A stretch of 64,000 bases of DNA from Monocercomonoides exilis PA203. Taxonomy: Eukaryota > Protista > Preaxostyla. The notes beneath the pieces are model-generated. The model saw only the letters and a program-made list of their open reading frames with translations. It was not told the DNA's origin and did no database searches. The position numbers and the translations under genes were made by a program. Positions 37,201-50,664 of this stretch are shown here, one piece after another; within the stretch, counting starts at the first letter, position 1; each line of letters opens with the position of its first letter. The stretch lies in the NCBI GenBank assembly GCA_001643675.2, contig LSRY02000032.1, positions 558,001 through 622,000 on the forward strand, given 5' to 3'.

Positions 37201-37649
37201 CTGAAATTTGATTTTATCGGAACGAAAATTGGACAAGGGGTTGCGAAACAGGAATTACTGTTTTCTTCGGAACAGAATTCAATGTCAAACCACACAGATT
37301 ACTGATTATGTACCGAAGTTCAGCAAAATACATGCAAACAAAAAAATGGATCTATCTTTATTATTTCTGTTGCATACCTGCATTGGCAGATGTTGGGGCA
37401 AGATCATTCGATCTTTTTTTGAATTTTCTGGGAAGCAATGGATTAATGGAGTTGCTTTTGTTTCAACAGCCTTTACAATTGATAGCTATTTAACCTCGAG
37501 GCACATATCAGTTATTCTTTATTTTGCAAGTTAAATCGGTTAACTTTACTGTGTGAGACATTTGACAGTTCTCTTAGCACGTTTTGATTGGCCAAATGTT
37601 ACAATAATTTAGGAATGCTTCAAGAGAATTGATTCTGAGAAAGAGCCAA

Positions 37650-39300
37650 ACAAAAAATCCAGAAAAACCCAAAATTTTCAGAAACATATGCAAACCATTT
37701 GACAAAGCAAAGAGACCACTGAAAGATTGAGATAACGTTTTGGCAGAAGTCTGTGACGGAGGAAATGCTGTTTATTGTTCTTGAAGGCCAATGGGCAGAA
37801 AATAGGTGATTTTGTCATTTTCTGAATGGAAAGATTTGTTTGAAGGTGCATATCTGGAACCGAATAAATGAAACGAGACTGTTGGGATTAGTCACAATCG
37901 ATTGATCAGATAAGGCCAAATGGATTCTCCAAATGGGTTTGCATCTTAGACTTGTTTGGGCATGTAATTAGGATGTCAAAAGTTTCTTCCTGTGATTCAA
38001 TTTGGCAAGACTGAACTGATTTGCTTTGAGATTGTTGGATGTTGTCCTGCACTTTTGAAGGTGTTTGGAAATTTGATTTATGATGCTAATGAAGCTATTT
38101 CTTGGAAGTGGGATGCTATCTTCATTTGGGTATCTGCAATTGATGGTGGAAGATCAAAAGGAAATTTGCAGGATGAAGAAGACGATGAAGCATTGAAGAT
38201 AAACATGTTGACACGAGCATGCTTTGAAACAGGAAATGAAATGTTTGGAAGATCTGATGAAAGTGTTTGTGTGACGATGAAGATGAAATGTTGGCTGTTG
38301 TATTTTGGTTATGGTGGCAGAGAAGAAGAGGAAAAAGAAGAAAATGGAGGGGAAAGTTGTTCATTGTTATTTTAAAGCAATGCATGAGATGAAGATGTCA
38401 ACACACAATTCAGTTGAAAAAGTTGAAGTGAAGCAGATGAAACAGATGGAAGAATGTGTGAATGAATGGATGATGAAGTCTGATGAGAAAGTGGAAGGTC
38501 ATTCTGAAAGACCAGAGACGAGGTAGAAGAAGAGAAGAGAAGAAGAAGAAGAAGAGTTTGTGAGCTGGTTAGAAGAAGATTGGATGCTGGCTGAATGAGT
38601 AAGATGTTCGAATGCAGATGTTTGTTGTTGTTGGAATATCTTTTATTTCTGAGTGTGATGTCAAAATTGGAGAGAGAATGTTTCAGGAAGACGAAATGAA
38701 GAGGTTCTTTGACGTGGATCATTTAGCACTTCTGAAGGAAGGCGTTGTCTGATCTCCTGCAAAGATCGCTGTTGATCTTGTTTGTGCACACCCAAATGGA
38801 AAACGGCAGACCTGAAAACAAAAAAGAAAGAGATGACAAACAATAAAATGAAGAGAAAAAGAGAGAAACAAAATGAAAAGAAAGAAAAGAAAGAAAGAAA
38901 GTGAATGCATGGTTGTCTTATTGTTGCTTTTGGAGAAGTGAAGAGCGATAGACAAAAAGAATGAAAGGAAGAGCAGAATATTAAAAGCACTGAGTGAAGT
39001 GGAAAACAAGAAAGACAAGAAAGCTGAAATGGATGGTCATTTCTCGCCAATTCTTTTCATAAATCCGTCATTTATCTTTTTTGCCTCTTTGGAATGAATG
39101 TGCTTGTTCCAGGCATCTAAATGCATTGAAGAGGCAAAAATAAGAAATGAAGATATTGAGGAAGAGCATTGGAGGAAATGAACGTGTTGTTATTGCTGAG
39201 GGGAAATTGAAAAGATGGTTATGAGAGAAGAACTTCGATCAGAATGCGGATCTGAAGCAGCTGCCGAGTCCTGATCTCGATCTGAAGTGATCTACACTGA
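37650..39300 (-). pseudogene. Decayed coding-like sequence of unknown family
   Basis: GC-richer, Ser-rich coding-like texture with an intron-like T tract and many stops. No recognisable domain. Confidence 0.3.
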
Positions 39301-40034
39301 TCTAGCAACACAACCATGCATAATTAGCTGCTATTTGCAAACGAATATATGATGCACTTTAAATGAACAAGATCAAGACGCACCCATAATAATACTATTT
39401 GAAGCTCTTAAGTGAAGTTATAAAAATAATTTAATGTGTTATGTTTGCAAAGTTTGTCTTGAAATTTTGCATAAACATACTAAAATTGAAATTTTTTTGT
39501 GGAGACAAATTATTCAAAGTAAAGGGAAAATATGATCATACATTGTGAAAAAATTTTTCTGAAAAATGGTATTTAAAAAAAGTTATTTCATAAAAATTTG
39601 TATTCATGTGCATGAAAATGAAAACTTTTTTTATAATTTTGTTTTTTAAGTTTAGAACAATGACAGCATCGTTTTTTCCACAAAAAAATGATAAATTTTT
39701 TTAAGTAAATAAAATTTGAAATAAACTTATAATTTTTATTATTAAAAATAAAAACCCATTTTAAGCAGAAAAAAGAAAACAACAACGTCAAAATCTAATC
39801 ACATCACAAGCAGAATTTGATGACCTTTAAAATCTCAAACACAATTTTTGTTAAGATAATGACGCAATTAACAATTTTCAGATAAATTTCTAATCTGAGA
39901 TAATCTATTTTTCTTTAAAGAACTTTTCGAAAGTTTTCAATAAAAACTCATGATCATCTATTGATCAGGAGAACTATTTATGACTGTGTTTGTTGTTGAT
40001 CGGGTTAAATAAAACAGGACGGATATTTATGATA

Positions 40035-40305
40035 TGGGGGAAAATATGAACTTTCAAGCTTTTTATGCACAAAACAAGAAAAAATTGTTTCACATATAAC
40101 ATTATTAAATATTATCAGATTTCAAAATAAATTTGATTTTCATTACTGTAAATAAAAATCATTGATGTGATCACCAAATGTTTTGTGACCTCACATGTAT
40201 TTAAAAAAATTAACCCATTTATAACAAAATTTTTGATAACAAAAAGTTTATCAAAGTTTCATTATTAACCAATGTCAATTCCTGAAAATCAATTATTTTG
40301 TCCCA
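40035..40305. mobile_element. MITE copy (TA-flanked TGGG...CCCA), inverted relative of 43059-43330
   Basis: ta|tgggggaaaat...attttgtccca|ta. Its reverse complement aligns by eye along the whole length with 43059-43330. Confidence 0.7.
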
Positions 40306-40449
40306 TATGGATTGATGCAGCATTTTATTTTTCAACTTTCTTTATTAACCGGAAAAAAATCAATTTTTTCATTGGTTTTTTTCACAAAAAGTCATTTTTA
40401 AGTTCTTCTTTCACGAATCAATATCTGCTCTAATCCACTAAACTTCAGC

Positions 40450-41850
40450 AAAAATCTTCATCGTTATCGTTTAACTTCCTTTGGATCTTCCATGATCAGA
40501 TATTTCACTGTTTCTCTCAAATCTTCTGCTTCATTCTTTGCCTTCTTCCATCGAATTTACAACAAAAAAATACAACGAGGACAACTGGTGAGCAGATCAA
40601 CAAACATTGCAATCACAGTCAGTTTCGATGATATTTTCACTTCTTTTCCTCTTTCCATAATTCTATCATCCACATTTTCTATGGACTCACTTCTATTCTT
40701 CTGAACAGATGCATTAGTTGCAAACAACCGCTTTCCAAACGCAATCATCACGGACACCTCTGTTTCATCCTAGTTTAAAAAAAGTTTTCTCAAAGGAACT
40801 ATCCCAACCACTTCCATTAAAGATGCAAGCACATCGTCTTCAAAATAAAATATCTCAATCAGATTTGTATCTTCAGCTGAGATTATCTATCGTAATGAAG
40901 AATCACATGGCAGAAGAAGCTCCGCCTTGAGTATTATTTCAATTTCACCACAATTTTCACTAACTGAAGCCTCTTCCAGCTTTGGAATGAAAATAAGCAA
41001 TTCCGTTTCTCCTACCATCACTTTCAATCTGCATCCATCATTCAGAATCCACAGAGAAGTTTTGAACATTAGTGCATCTCCTCCCTTCAAGCTCGAAATA
41101 GTCAGCGAAGCAGAATCGAAGCAGATGATATTATCCGGAGTGAAGAATATAAAGAAAAAATGGATTGAAGAGAAAGAATTATCCTTTCTCAATCGTCACA
41201 TTTCCAGCCAAGATCGACAATTCACAATCGAAGAATTTGAAATTGAAGCTCCTTTGTTATTATTGCTGAATTATTTTAATGGACAAGCGAATAATTCTGC
41301 ACAAACAAATCTTCTTATCTTTTTGCTTCATCTTGAAAATGAGAAGTGAAGAAACCAAAGCTTCCAACAAACAGATTTGTTCACACTCCAGCGAAAGAGC
41401 AGAACAGCATCAACAAAGTAATTTTCCTTTTGGTGTATCAACTACAACCTGAGAATGAGCAATTATTCACAAAAATCGGTGTGTCCAGAGAGATCAGCCA
41501 TGCTTTCTTCGGAGCATTCGAATGAACAGAACTGTTGCCGTACTAAATTACTGGCAGCTTCATCTCTCTTCTCATTAAATTGTCAGCTCACATCCTTCTT
41601 CTCATCATATCTTCTCCGACAAAAGTTTTCAAAGTTCTGATCTCCAAAAACGGAACCTCATGAATCACACATCAATTTGAGGCCTGCGAGAAATTAAAGC
41701 ATTAATACCACAATTTTGCTGTCTTTGCATTGAACATTTTCGTTAATCCAAATTCATCAACTTTTTCAAATAACAAACTGATGTTTGAAATGGAATTTTT
41801 GTCCAAAGAAATTCCATGTTTTCCTTTGCAGCACGTGAAGATGACAAGAA
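40450..41850 (-). pseudogene. Pseudogene of the beta-helix single-pass receptor family (juxtamembrane ectodomain plus TM)
   Basis: NIICFDSASLTISSLKGGDALMFKTSLWILNDGCRL...FIPKL...LLLPC matches NIICKDAATVEIERISSGDGTSDSPSMWMANEGCTL...FIPTL...LLLPC of the intact gene at 53537. Stops and frameshifts present. Confidence 0.75.
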
Positions 41851-42516
41851 GGGTTTGAAAATAACTATTTCTCATGGATAAAAAGGATGTTTATGTAAAA
41901 AGAAAGTGAAAAAAACAATATGAATGATTATTTTTTTAATCATGTTTTTTTCGGGGTGTTGATTATCCAAAGATTCAATTTATATGAAGAATAATTATTC
42001 ACACAATAGTAAAAACATGAAAATACCTTCAAAATGAAGATGTTTGAGAAAATAATCACGATTATTAATCTTTGGAAGGAGCATAAATATTTCATTGTTC
42101 ATTTATCAATATTCAAATAGTATTATCTAACCGAAATTATTGTTAGAGAATATGTGGATTTGAAAATAATAACCCAAAATATATCGAATAAGCTTTTGAA
42201 AGTTGAGAAACATTTGTGATGGCTTTTTCTCACAAGGAAAACAATTCAAGTTTTTCATAATTGAGTATAGCTTAATTTGAAATGCAAAAACCAGTTTCTA
42301 AAACAAAGAAAATCTGTTCAACTTTATTTTCAGTGTTGTCGAACATTAAATTTCCTGTAACTCCTTTTTTTCGAATCACTTATTTGTTATGATATTTGAT
42401 TTGTAAGATAATGAGAAAGTTGTTTGAGCTGAACTCAATCAACTGAAAATTTTATGATTTCTTATCTTTCATGTAATTATTTTGTTCAACAAAACCACAT
42501 TTATTTAAAATGAACC

Positions 42517-42775
42517 TGGGTGATTATTTTTGAAATCACAACTTTTTTCGGGTTGCAGATTTTTTCAAACTTTGTTTATCATTGGGAAGAGCATTTGAAA
42601 TAAGATGCTCAATTTATCACAACTGTTTCAAAAATAAATGATTCATCTGTAATAAAGAATATAATTTCTTTAAAGTGCTTTTTCACTTTTCAGTGATCAT
42701 TAATCCATATTTTTTGGGAAAATTTTGAACCGAAATTTTTGAATGAAAAATAATGATTTCAAAAATAATTTCCCA
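42517..42775. mobile_element. MITE with ~22-bp TIRs
   Basis: tgggtgattatttttgaaatca ... tgatttcaaaaataatttccca. Confidence 0.65.
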
Positions 42776-42814
42776 CCTCTTAATTTGTGATTTATCAAAA
42801 TAGTTTTTTTAAAA

Positions 42815-43056
42815 TGGGTAATTCTTTTTGAAAAGACACAAATGCTTAATTATCAAATAAATCAAAATTTTCAAATTTTGTTCAAAATTCTGTCACCGCT
42901 CATGAATCTTCTCATGAATGTTTGAATTATCATTATTAAGAAATGGATTTTATTTTAGTGAAGTTAGGCTTGTGTTAACAAATTTTTTTGCAAAGTGTGA
43001 AATATTTGATTTATTTGATAATTAAACAGTTGCGACTTTTCAAAAATTATTCCCCA
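42815..43056. mobile_element. MITE with ~60-bp TIRs (same family as 43997-44238)
   Basis: tgggtaattctttttgaaaagacacaaatgcttaattatcaaataaatcaaa ... tttgatttatttgataattaaacagttgcgacttttcaaaaattattcccca. Confidence 0.8.
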
Positions 43057-43058
43057 TA

Positions 43059-43330
43059 TGGGACAAAATCTTTGACTTCAAGCATTTTAATTGAAAAATG
43101 ATGCACTTTTGAAAAGCTTTTTGTGTCCAAATAATTCAATTAAAATGGGTTCATTTTTGATACATTCATGGAATGTCACTGAACTTTTTGTAATAACATT
43201 GATGATGACTATTTGTAGATGAGAAAAACCAATTCATTCAGTTATCTGAGAATGATTGATAAAGTTATGAGCGAATCAATTTTATTATGCTTTGCGCAAA
43301 AAAAAGTCTGAAAGTCAATATTTTCCTCCA
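43059..43330. mobile_element. MITE (TA-flanked), abutting the previous element
   Basis: ta|tgggacaaaat ... attttcctcca|ta. Second copy at 40035-40305. Confidence 0.7.
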
Positions 43331-43996
43331 TATGGACGATGTGTTTCAATATTAATGCTCAGAAAACATGTTCATATAAAAGTTCAGTGCAGATATATTC
43401 TGTTAATTTTAAAAATTTTTTATAGAAAATAATATTTTATTCTTTGAATAATTTCGTTATCATCTGGCACAAGCTCCATTTCTTTCTTTGGAATTCAAGG
43501 AGATGATGACAATTCACACACTGGAAGGTTTTCTTCTTGTATGTTTCATTTTTTTGACAATTGAAGAAAATTTTGCAGAGAAAAGATAGTGGTATATCAA
43601 TCATTTGATCAAAATGACTATGAACTTGAATCAAACTTGAAAAAGAAATCCTGAGAATGTCTTTCCGAAAATGAACATAATTCATCTCTTCAACAAACTG
43701 TGCAATAAAACAACAACAAATTATTTGTCCGTTGCTAACAAAGCATTTCCATTTATTAGTGACGAAACGAGATATCATATAATTTCAAAAATGCAAAAAA
43801 CCTTCAACAATTTCTCAAAAAAAGACTCGCCTTCAAAACACTCTGGATTCAACGAAAAACATATCAAAAAGATTTAAAAAAAATAAAGCTATCTGCTTAT
43901 CTGCAGAATGAAAAGTTGAAGCGGAAACAGTTGCATTATGACGAATTGAAGGATAGAGAAAGAAAGCAGTTGGCCAGAATTGAAAAGATTGCTATT

Positions 43997-44238
43997 TGGG
44001 TGATTCTTTTTGAAAAGTCACAAATGTTTAATTATCAAATAAATCAAAAATTCTATATTTAACTCAAATTTCTATTAATATGCCCCATACTTACCAAATA
44101 TGAAATCCATTATTTGATAATGCTATTTCATGCATTCTGAAAAAGATTTGTTAGTGGAAACAGAAATTTGAGTTAAATATGAAATTTTTGATTTATTTGA
44201 AAATTAAACATTTGTGACTTTACAAAAAGAATCACACA
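43997..44238. mobile_element. Foldback-like MITE with ~75-bp TIRs
   Basis: tgggtgattctttttgaaaagtcacaaatgtttaattatcaaataaatcaaaaattctatatttaactcaaatttct ... agaaatttgagttaaatatgaaatttttgatttatttgaaaattaaacatttgtgacttttacaaaaagaatcacaca. Confidence 0.85.
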
Positions 44239-44261
44239 TATATAAAAACAAAGATTAAAAA

Positions 44262-44663
44262 GAAGAATCTCTTGGATTTGTCGCCAATCATTATCTTCGT
44301 TTCACCCGTGATGAGTATTTATTGTCAAAGAAAATTGCAATTGTTGAACTTAAAAATTAGTAAAAAGCTATCACGAACATCGCACACAAAAAAGGACCTC
44401 CATGAACACTTTCACTCCACGAAAATCAAAAAGAGTATTTTGAGTGGTTAACCAGCATAACGATGTATGAGAGGATTTCATCTTTAATGGGTTTATCTGA
44501 TACAATGGCTTGCAATTGTTTGACTGATATTCGCACAGTATTGCTTTCTGCGTTGAATGAAATTTTTTCCACTCCACCTATGCCTCCAATAATTCACGGC
44601 ATAAGTGAAACAAAACACCTCCTCCAATTTTATGATTTTACTCATGATAATAAGTGGGAATGA
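44262..44663 (+). mobile_element. Decayed PIF/Harbinger (IS5/ISL2EU-like) transposase N-terminal HTH fragment
   Basis: RFTRDEYLL...KKGPP*TLSLHENQKEYFEWLTSITMYERISSLMGLSDTMACNCLTDIRTVLLSALNEIF..PPMP resembles the HTH preceding DDE_Tnp_4 domains. In-frame stops; no DDE seen. Confidence 0.5.
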
Positions 44664-45103
44664 ATACATCAAAAAACAATTCTTTTGGGTGGAGCAGTAA
44701 AGCCTTTGCGACAGACCGACATTTTCCAAAGTGTTCGACAAGTCGACACACAATGCAAAATATTTAATAAAATATTAACATGATTTTCTTTTTTTTTATT
44801 TGTTTTTTCTTATCGTGGTATCTCAATTTTTTGATTTATAAACAGAAAAACAAACAAATCAACAATTCTCTTTTTTTGATGGAAATGAATAATTTATTAA
44901 ATTTTTGCTAATGTGAATTAGATTTTTCATGGTTTCAAAATTAAAAATTGTCATTAGTCCATGAAAGATAACATTCAATCATTATTTCAACAGAAAATTT
45001 TTTTTATTTATCCTTCGTTTCAAAAATTCATTTTTTCGACAAAAATCAGTCGGTCGAATAGATCAATCGTTCGAACAGAAAAATTGATTATTTGATAGAT
45101 ATC

Positions 45104-48100
45104 ATGAATCATTTGACAACATATGAGGATTTTTTAATGAGCTTGCCATTGGAATTACAAAACAGTGCAAAATCAAAAGAAATCGTTTGAATATAACATT
45201 AGACTAAATTTGACAGAAACTTTTTTATTTCATTTTTTTGAAACAAATGAGTGCTGCATTAAGCGTTAAAATAGAAGAGCTAAAGAAAAGTGATTGTTCA
45301 TTTGTTGAGTTGGAATGTTCAAAATCAACAATTTTTGGAAAATGTTTGATTCTTTCAAGTTTTGATCAAAAACAATATCATTTCATTTGTTTTGATAATT
45401 ATCAAGTTCACAGACATCCTAATAATACTGGTAAAGACATAGGCAAAGTTCACTTTGAAATACAAAAAAAAATCAGTTTGGAAAGCTGACACGCCTGTGA
45501 AAAATGATGGAACATTGAAAAAAGATGGACATATTTATTATTTATGCCCAAACAGCAAAGAAGGAGTTAATTGTGGAGTTTCCGGAAGAAAAGGATGTGA
45601 TTGAATAATTAATCATCAATGTCCCCTTTTGACTAATTCATCAATTGTGAAATTTATGAAGCAGCATCAGCCTATCAATCAAGCAACTTATTACTCAAAT
45701 AAAAAAGAAGTTCCATTTCATTTTCAATATGATTTATTGAAGAAACAATTTTTGAGGTTAATTGGACATTGTAACATTAAATTTTAATCCGCTTATTCAT
45801 CTGAGTTTTAAACTTTCATTTCTTCTCGTGAACAGATTTCTCTACAAAACCCATCATTTTCTCCCGAAACCATATTTCCCACATTGAATTTCAGAAAACA
45901 ATCTTCTATTATTCACGATGAAGTGGAAGGCACAATTAAAGAAAGGGATGCTGCAATTTTCAATTCTTCATTTGGAATTATGATTGACGGTGGAGTCGTC
46001 GCGGGCAAAAAGAACACTGCTGAAACTGTGGTTCCGTTGAATCCATGTGCAAAGCCAATGTTTTATAAATTCGTTAAAGTGTGCTACACTTCCTTTGATT
46101 ATTCGCAACTTGCAGTCCAAATTATGACTGAAATAAAAGATTTTCACGGAGAAGTTCGGTGCTTTTGTACAAATGGCGTGCTTTCTCAGAAGCTAGCAAT
46201 TCAGAGCCTTTCAGAAGATATTTCTTCTGCAAAATCATTGTCATTTTTCAAAGGAACACCACCAATTTTTATTTATTGTTGAAACCATTTATTAAATTGA
46301 GTTGTTTCTCATTTTTTTAACAACAACGAATTCTTTCAAACCCAGAAAGATGCAATTATTTCGTTTGCGAAACAAGCGAAGGTGATTTCCCGTTGGCAAC
46401 CCTCAACACCAAAATGCCCTTCATTCATTGAAACAAGATGGCTTTGAATTAAAGATATTTGTTTTTTTATTAGTAAACATTTTCATGATGATAATTTTTC
46501 AAAATTACGGGAATTGATTTTTATCAAAAATGTGATCAAATGTCAACTTCTATTATTTCCCCCAAGAGAACTTCAGTAACACTTCGAAAAAGATAAAACG
46601 AAGTTGGGAGATATTTTCCCTCTGCTGGTGAAGGCATTTGCTCGCTACTCATGGATGCAGGACCTTGAAGAATTCTCAGAAGAAAACTGGAAATCTGGTT
46701 TATGTGATATTATAATCCTTCAGTTTAATTTTTTTTTGCAGGTGATAGGGGAAACCTGATCTTTTAGGCCTTTTCATTGACTCCTGGAGGGAGAAATAAC
46801 TATCAATTGGGTTCTTTTTCTGATTCTTTCAACCAAGAATTGAAAAGGCTGAAGGCGAAATACGAACTTGTTTTTCGTTGTGAAACATTGGATCAAACAA
46901 CAAAACACTCTGAATCAAAAACAAACAGCAAAATTTGATTCAAAAAACTTGTGAAAAAAGGAATTCATTTTTTTCACTCGATCAATCAAAACACATTCCA
47001 TCCGCTTTTATTTCGTCTTTGTCCTTCGAATCCTTTTTCGTTTCCTCCCCATCGTCTTCATCTTTTTCTGATTCTTCATCAAGATCTCCTTCAAATTCTT
47101 CATCAAATTCATCGATGAACATTAGACAAATCTCATCAAATCAAGTTATCGATTATGATCCGAGATCTTTAATCTTCGAAAAACGAAGTGACCGAAAGAA
47201 AGAATTATTTTCAAAAACTTCAAAACAAATCGTTGAGTCCAGAAGTCCAATTGATAGCAACATGATTTCAAATTAATTGTCATTCGATTGTCCTTCTTCT
47301 TGGTCAACACACTCATTAAACCCTTTCGCAATTGATTCGTTTTATTCAGCACTTCAGTCACTTAATCCATCACTTATTGATAATTTTATTAAAGACTCAT
47401 CCTTCATTCCTCCGTCAAATCAGTCTTCTTCAGCAAAAGTTTCTGAAAAAAAAGAAAACTCATTTCCAGAATGTTCTCAAATTGTTCAACTTCTTCAAAT
47501 AATTAAAGAAAACTCTTCAACAAAATGTGAAGAATCTTCTTCAAAACATTAGGAGAAAACAGATGAAACAGATGAAGATGAATATGGACTATTGCAAGCC
47601 GAAAGCAATTCTGAGGAAGATGAATATACTGAAAAATCTGAGACTTCTTCGTTAACAATGAAAGAAAATGTTACTCACAACACTCGTAACAAAAGTCGAA
47701 AAGAAAATGAAGATTGTTCTGAAGAAAAAGGAAAAAAATGAACGGATGATTTGGATGATGATGAAGAAAAGAAAAATGAAGAAAATGAAGAAGATATTGT
47801 TTTCATTGGTTCAAATGAACAAATTGAAATTGGAACTCTAAAAAATTTTGGAGAAAAAAGTTATAGAAACAAGAAACATCCAAGAGAAAATTAATATGGA
47901 CTGGTTCATATGAATGAAAATTGTATTTCATAGTTATATATCAAAAGTGTTTCTGAACCAAACGGAAAACTTCAAGGAAAAGCTTGAAGCTTTGTATTTT
48001 TCATTTCTTCTTGATTGTAATCAATCATTTCTGCAGAATATTTTATTTGTTTTAATTTCAGAAATTAGCAAGTCTTGCATATTTCATTCGATATTTTCGA

Positions 48101-48303
48101 ATGTTTGTTTCGCCTTGGTTACGTTTCCGTGTAGTGAAGCTTCTTGTGAGCTCCTCTTTTCTCGACTTCGACGGATTGTTGTGGATCGAAGGCACTCTCT
48201 TTCTTTGGAAACTCTCAGTAATTTCCTTTTTCTTAAGCTTTTTTTTCATTTTCGTTCAATTAATATGCTCCTTTGTTATTTATCATATAACGCATTTGAA
48301 TAA
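45104..48303 (+). mobile_element. Decayed hAT-superfamily transposase
   Basis: Ordered hAT motifs: GIMIDG (first D), CFCTNG (second D changed to N), IYC*NHLLN (CxxH), IETRWL, and dimerisation domain FPCSEASCELLFSRLRRIVVDRRHSLSLETLSNFLFLK. Many stops. Confidence 0.85.
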
Positions 48304-48499
48304 AAAGCAATATCTTTTTTTGAAATTTTGACAATTATAATTTTTCGCTTCACATCTCCATAAGTTCATAAACAAACATTTTTTAATGTTAAAGTTGAAT
48401 TTATTTTTCTATATGATGCATTTGCAAACAAAAATTGTTAACATTCTCTTATTCACTATTTCACGAACAGCATCTCCCTGCAAAAACATATGTTAACAA

Positions 48500-49930
48500 T
48501 TTGTGAAGTCATATGAATACTGACTTCCTCATCAATTTTTTTAAATATCTATCTTCCATCTTTTCTTGAGCAAAACTTTTGATCATTCCAGCAAAAAAGG
48601 TTATAATTTTTCGACAGATTGAAAAATTTCTTATTTTCTTCACTTCTCTTATTAATTCTTTCAAGATGTTTCAGGTTGAACATCTCATGCGTATTCCATG
48701 AATCCATTTCGCCTGCTGCTTTTTTTTGCCTTTGTTTGCTATTTCCCCCAAACTAATTGTATCGGATCCTGTTCCAAACACACTTCCTTTTGTAAAATGC
48801 TTAACAAACGATTTTTTCAATTCGACAAATATCGGTCTGCATGATGCTTTTGCAGACAAAAACACTTTCACAGACTCAAAATATGTTGACATGCAAACTG
48901 CAGAAGCGTTTGTTCTTTCTCCTTTGGTTATCTTATCTCCTGCTATCACTGCTCAGTACTCACCAAACGGAATCTGCAACTTCGAGCACTTTCACAGCGT
49001 CACACCAATCGAGAATGAAACTGACTCCTTTGTTGCTCCCATCTTCTTGTTCGTCTGCAGCTCAGGTGCCTTCCACCTCAGACACTCCTTCCTGCTGTCA
49101 TCCTCATCCCCAAAGGCTGATGAAGGTGGTGGTGAACCTCGACCATTCCTGTTGGCAGTTGAGAAGTCAGAGGAAGATGTGATGATGGTGGAGGCTGAAG
49201 AGATGGAGGAAGTGTCTGAATCATCTGAGGAGCAGTCGGAGGAGAGGGTAATGCAGATGACCATGTGCTTCGAGAACAACAAAATGTGGGGATTTATATC
49301 AGCCAGCGATTGAAGTGGGTTTTCCATTTCATCAAAGGAGTGGAGTGCAAGATTGGCCACCCAGAACAGGACCTGAGCAGCTGTTTGCTCCCTCTCCGGA
49401 AGAGAGCCAATTGCCATCTCCTTTGTCTTATTCCTTCCATGCAACAACATGAACAGAGAATCCCTCAAGTCCACAATCAGCTTCTCATGAGGAGATGAGC
49501 AGACCATCACATCCACAAGATTCGACATCGATGAGGTTGTGGGACATCGACTCTCTGTTCGAACAAATGTGGAATCTGAATCACTCGTTGAAGTGGATGA
49601 AACGGATGAAATGGATGGTGATGGGGTTTTCTTCCTTGTTTCCTCTTCTGTTTCGTCGTGTTCCTCCTTCTCCAATATCCATTGAGTGATCTTGTCTGAG
49701 TCCTTTCCAAGATACATTCGGTCTACACACTTTTTGATTGAAAATGCTTTTTTGATTCATAATACAAAAACTGCTTCTAATAAACAAGCTTCATTTTCCT
49801 ATCCTTTTTCTTTTTTCACGCCTCCCGTGCAACTTTCCTTCACTGTTCCTGGTCTATGTCTGCGTCTCAGTCATCTCAAATACCTTCTGAACCTGCTTAA
49901 TGTGTTATTCTCAATTTGTATATTTCTCTA
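48500..49930 (-). pseudogene. Pseudogene of a degenerate (TKL-like) kinase C-terminal module
   Basis: DSLFMLLH...LADINPHILLFS...CLRWKAPELQTNKKMGATKESVSFSIGVTL*KCSKLQIPFGEY*AVIAGDKITKGER covers kinase subdomains VIII-X. No HRD or DFG; in-frame stops. Confidence 0.75.
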
Positions 49931-50600
49931 AGTTCATTCCTTGATATTTTTTCCAATGAAAGAGTAACAATTATTGTGAAAAATCTACAATTAAAACATT
50001 TAATAATTTTCTCAGCTTTCAAACACCAGTAATCTCAATTTTTCTTAGAAAATATGAACTTTTATTCAATCGTCGATTTGATATTGCGTTTATTTCAAAA
50101 AATCAATTGAAATCTATACAAAAACAATTTAATGAAATAATAGAAACATAATTCAAATCAAAATTTTATTGGATCGAAAAAGTGTGTGAAATTTCTTAAA
50201 GCTTATGCTCAATCATCCACTATTTATGAAATTCGCAAATGCATAAAATTCTCAAATATATAAAATGGATTATTCATTGAAAAATGCGAAAGTGAAATAA
50301 TTGTTCATTAATAAAGATCATTTTTGAAGACAAAATGAAATTGGCGAGAAGCAAAAAACATACTGCAGGCATAAAATATATGCCATAAATATTTATGAAA
50401 TGTGAAGCTAACAACACTTTTTATATAACGATTCATCAGTTAAACAATTATTAATTTTGATCATTCTTATAATGAGGAAAAAACAATTTTCAATTAGGCA
50501 TTTTTGATCTTTGAAAATTGAAACTAATTTCTTAAATCTTTTTGTTTTTTATTTATTTGTTTTTGTTCAATCGAATTTTTCATCACAGATAAAAACATTC

Positions 50601-50605
<5 letters not shown>

Positions 50606-50662
<57 letters not shown>
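50606..50662 (+). repeat. Poly(A) tract, 57 nt
   Basis: Uninterrupted A run. Confidence 0.95.

Positions 50663-50664
<2 letters not shown>

Noticed and set aside
42500-44240. CRISPR-like or satellite array
   Set aside because: The repeats are inverted termini of MITEs, not direct repeats with spacers, and there are no cas genes.
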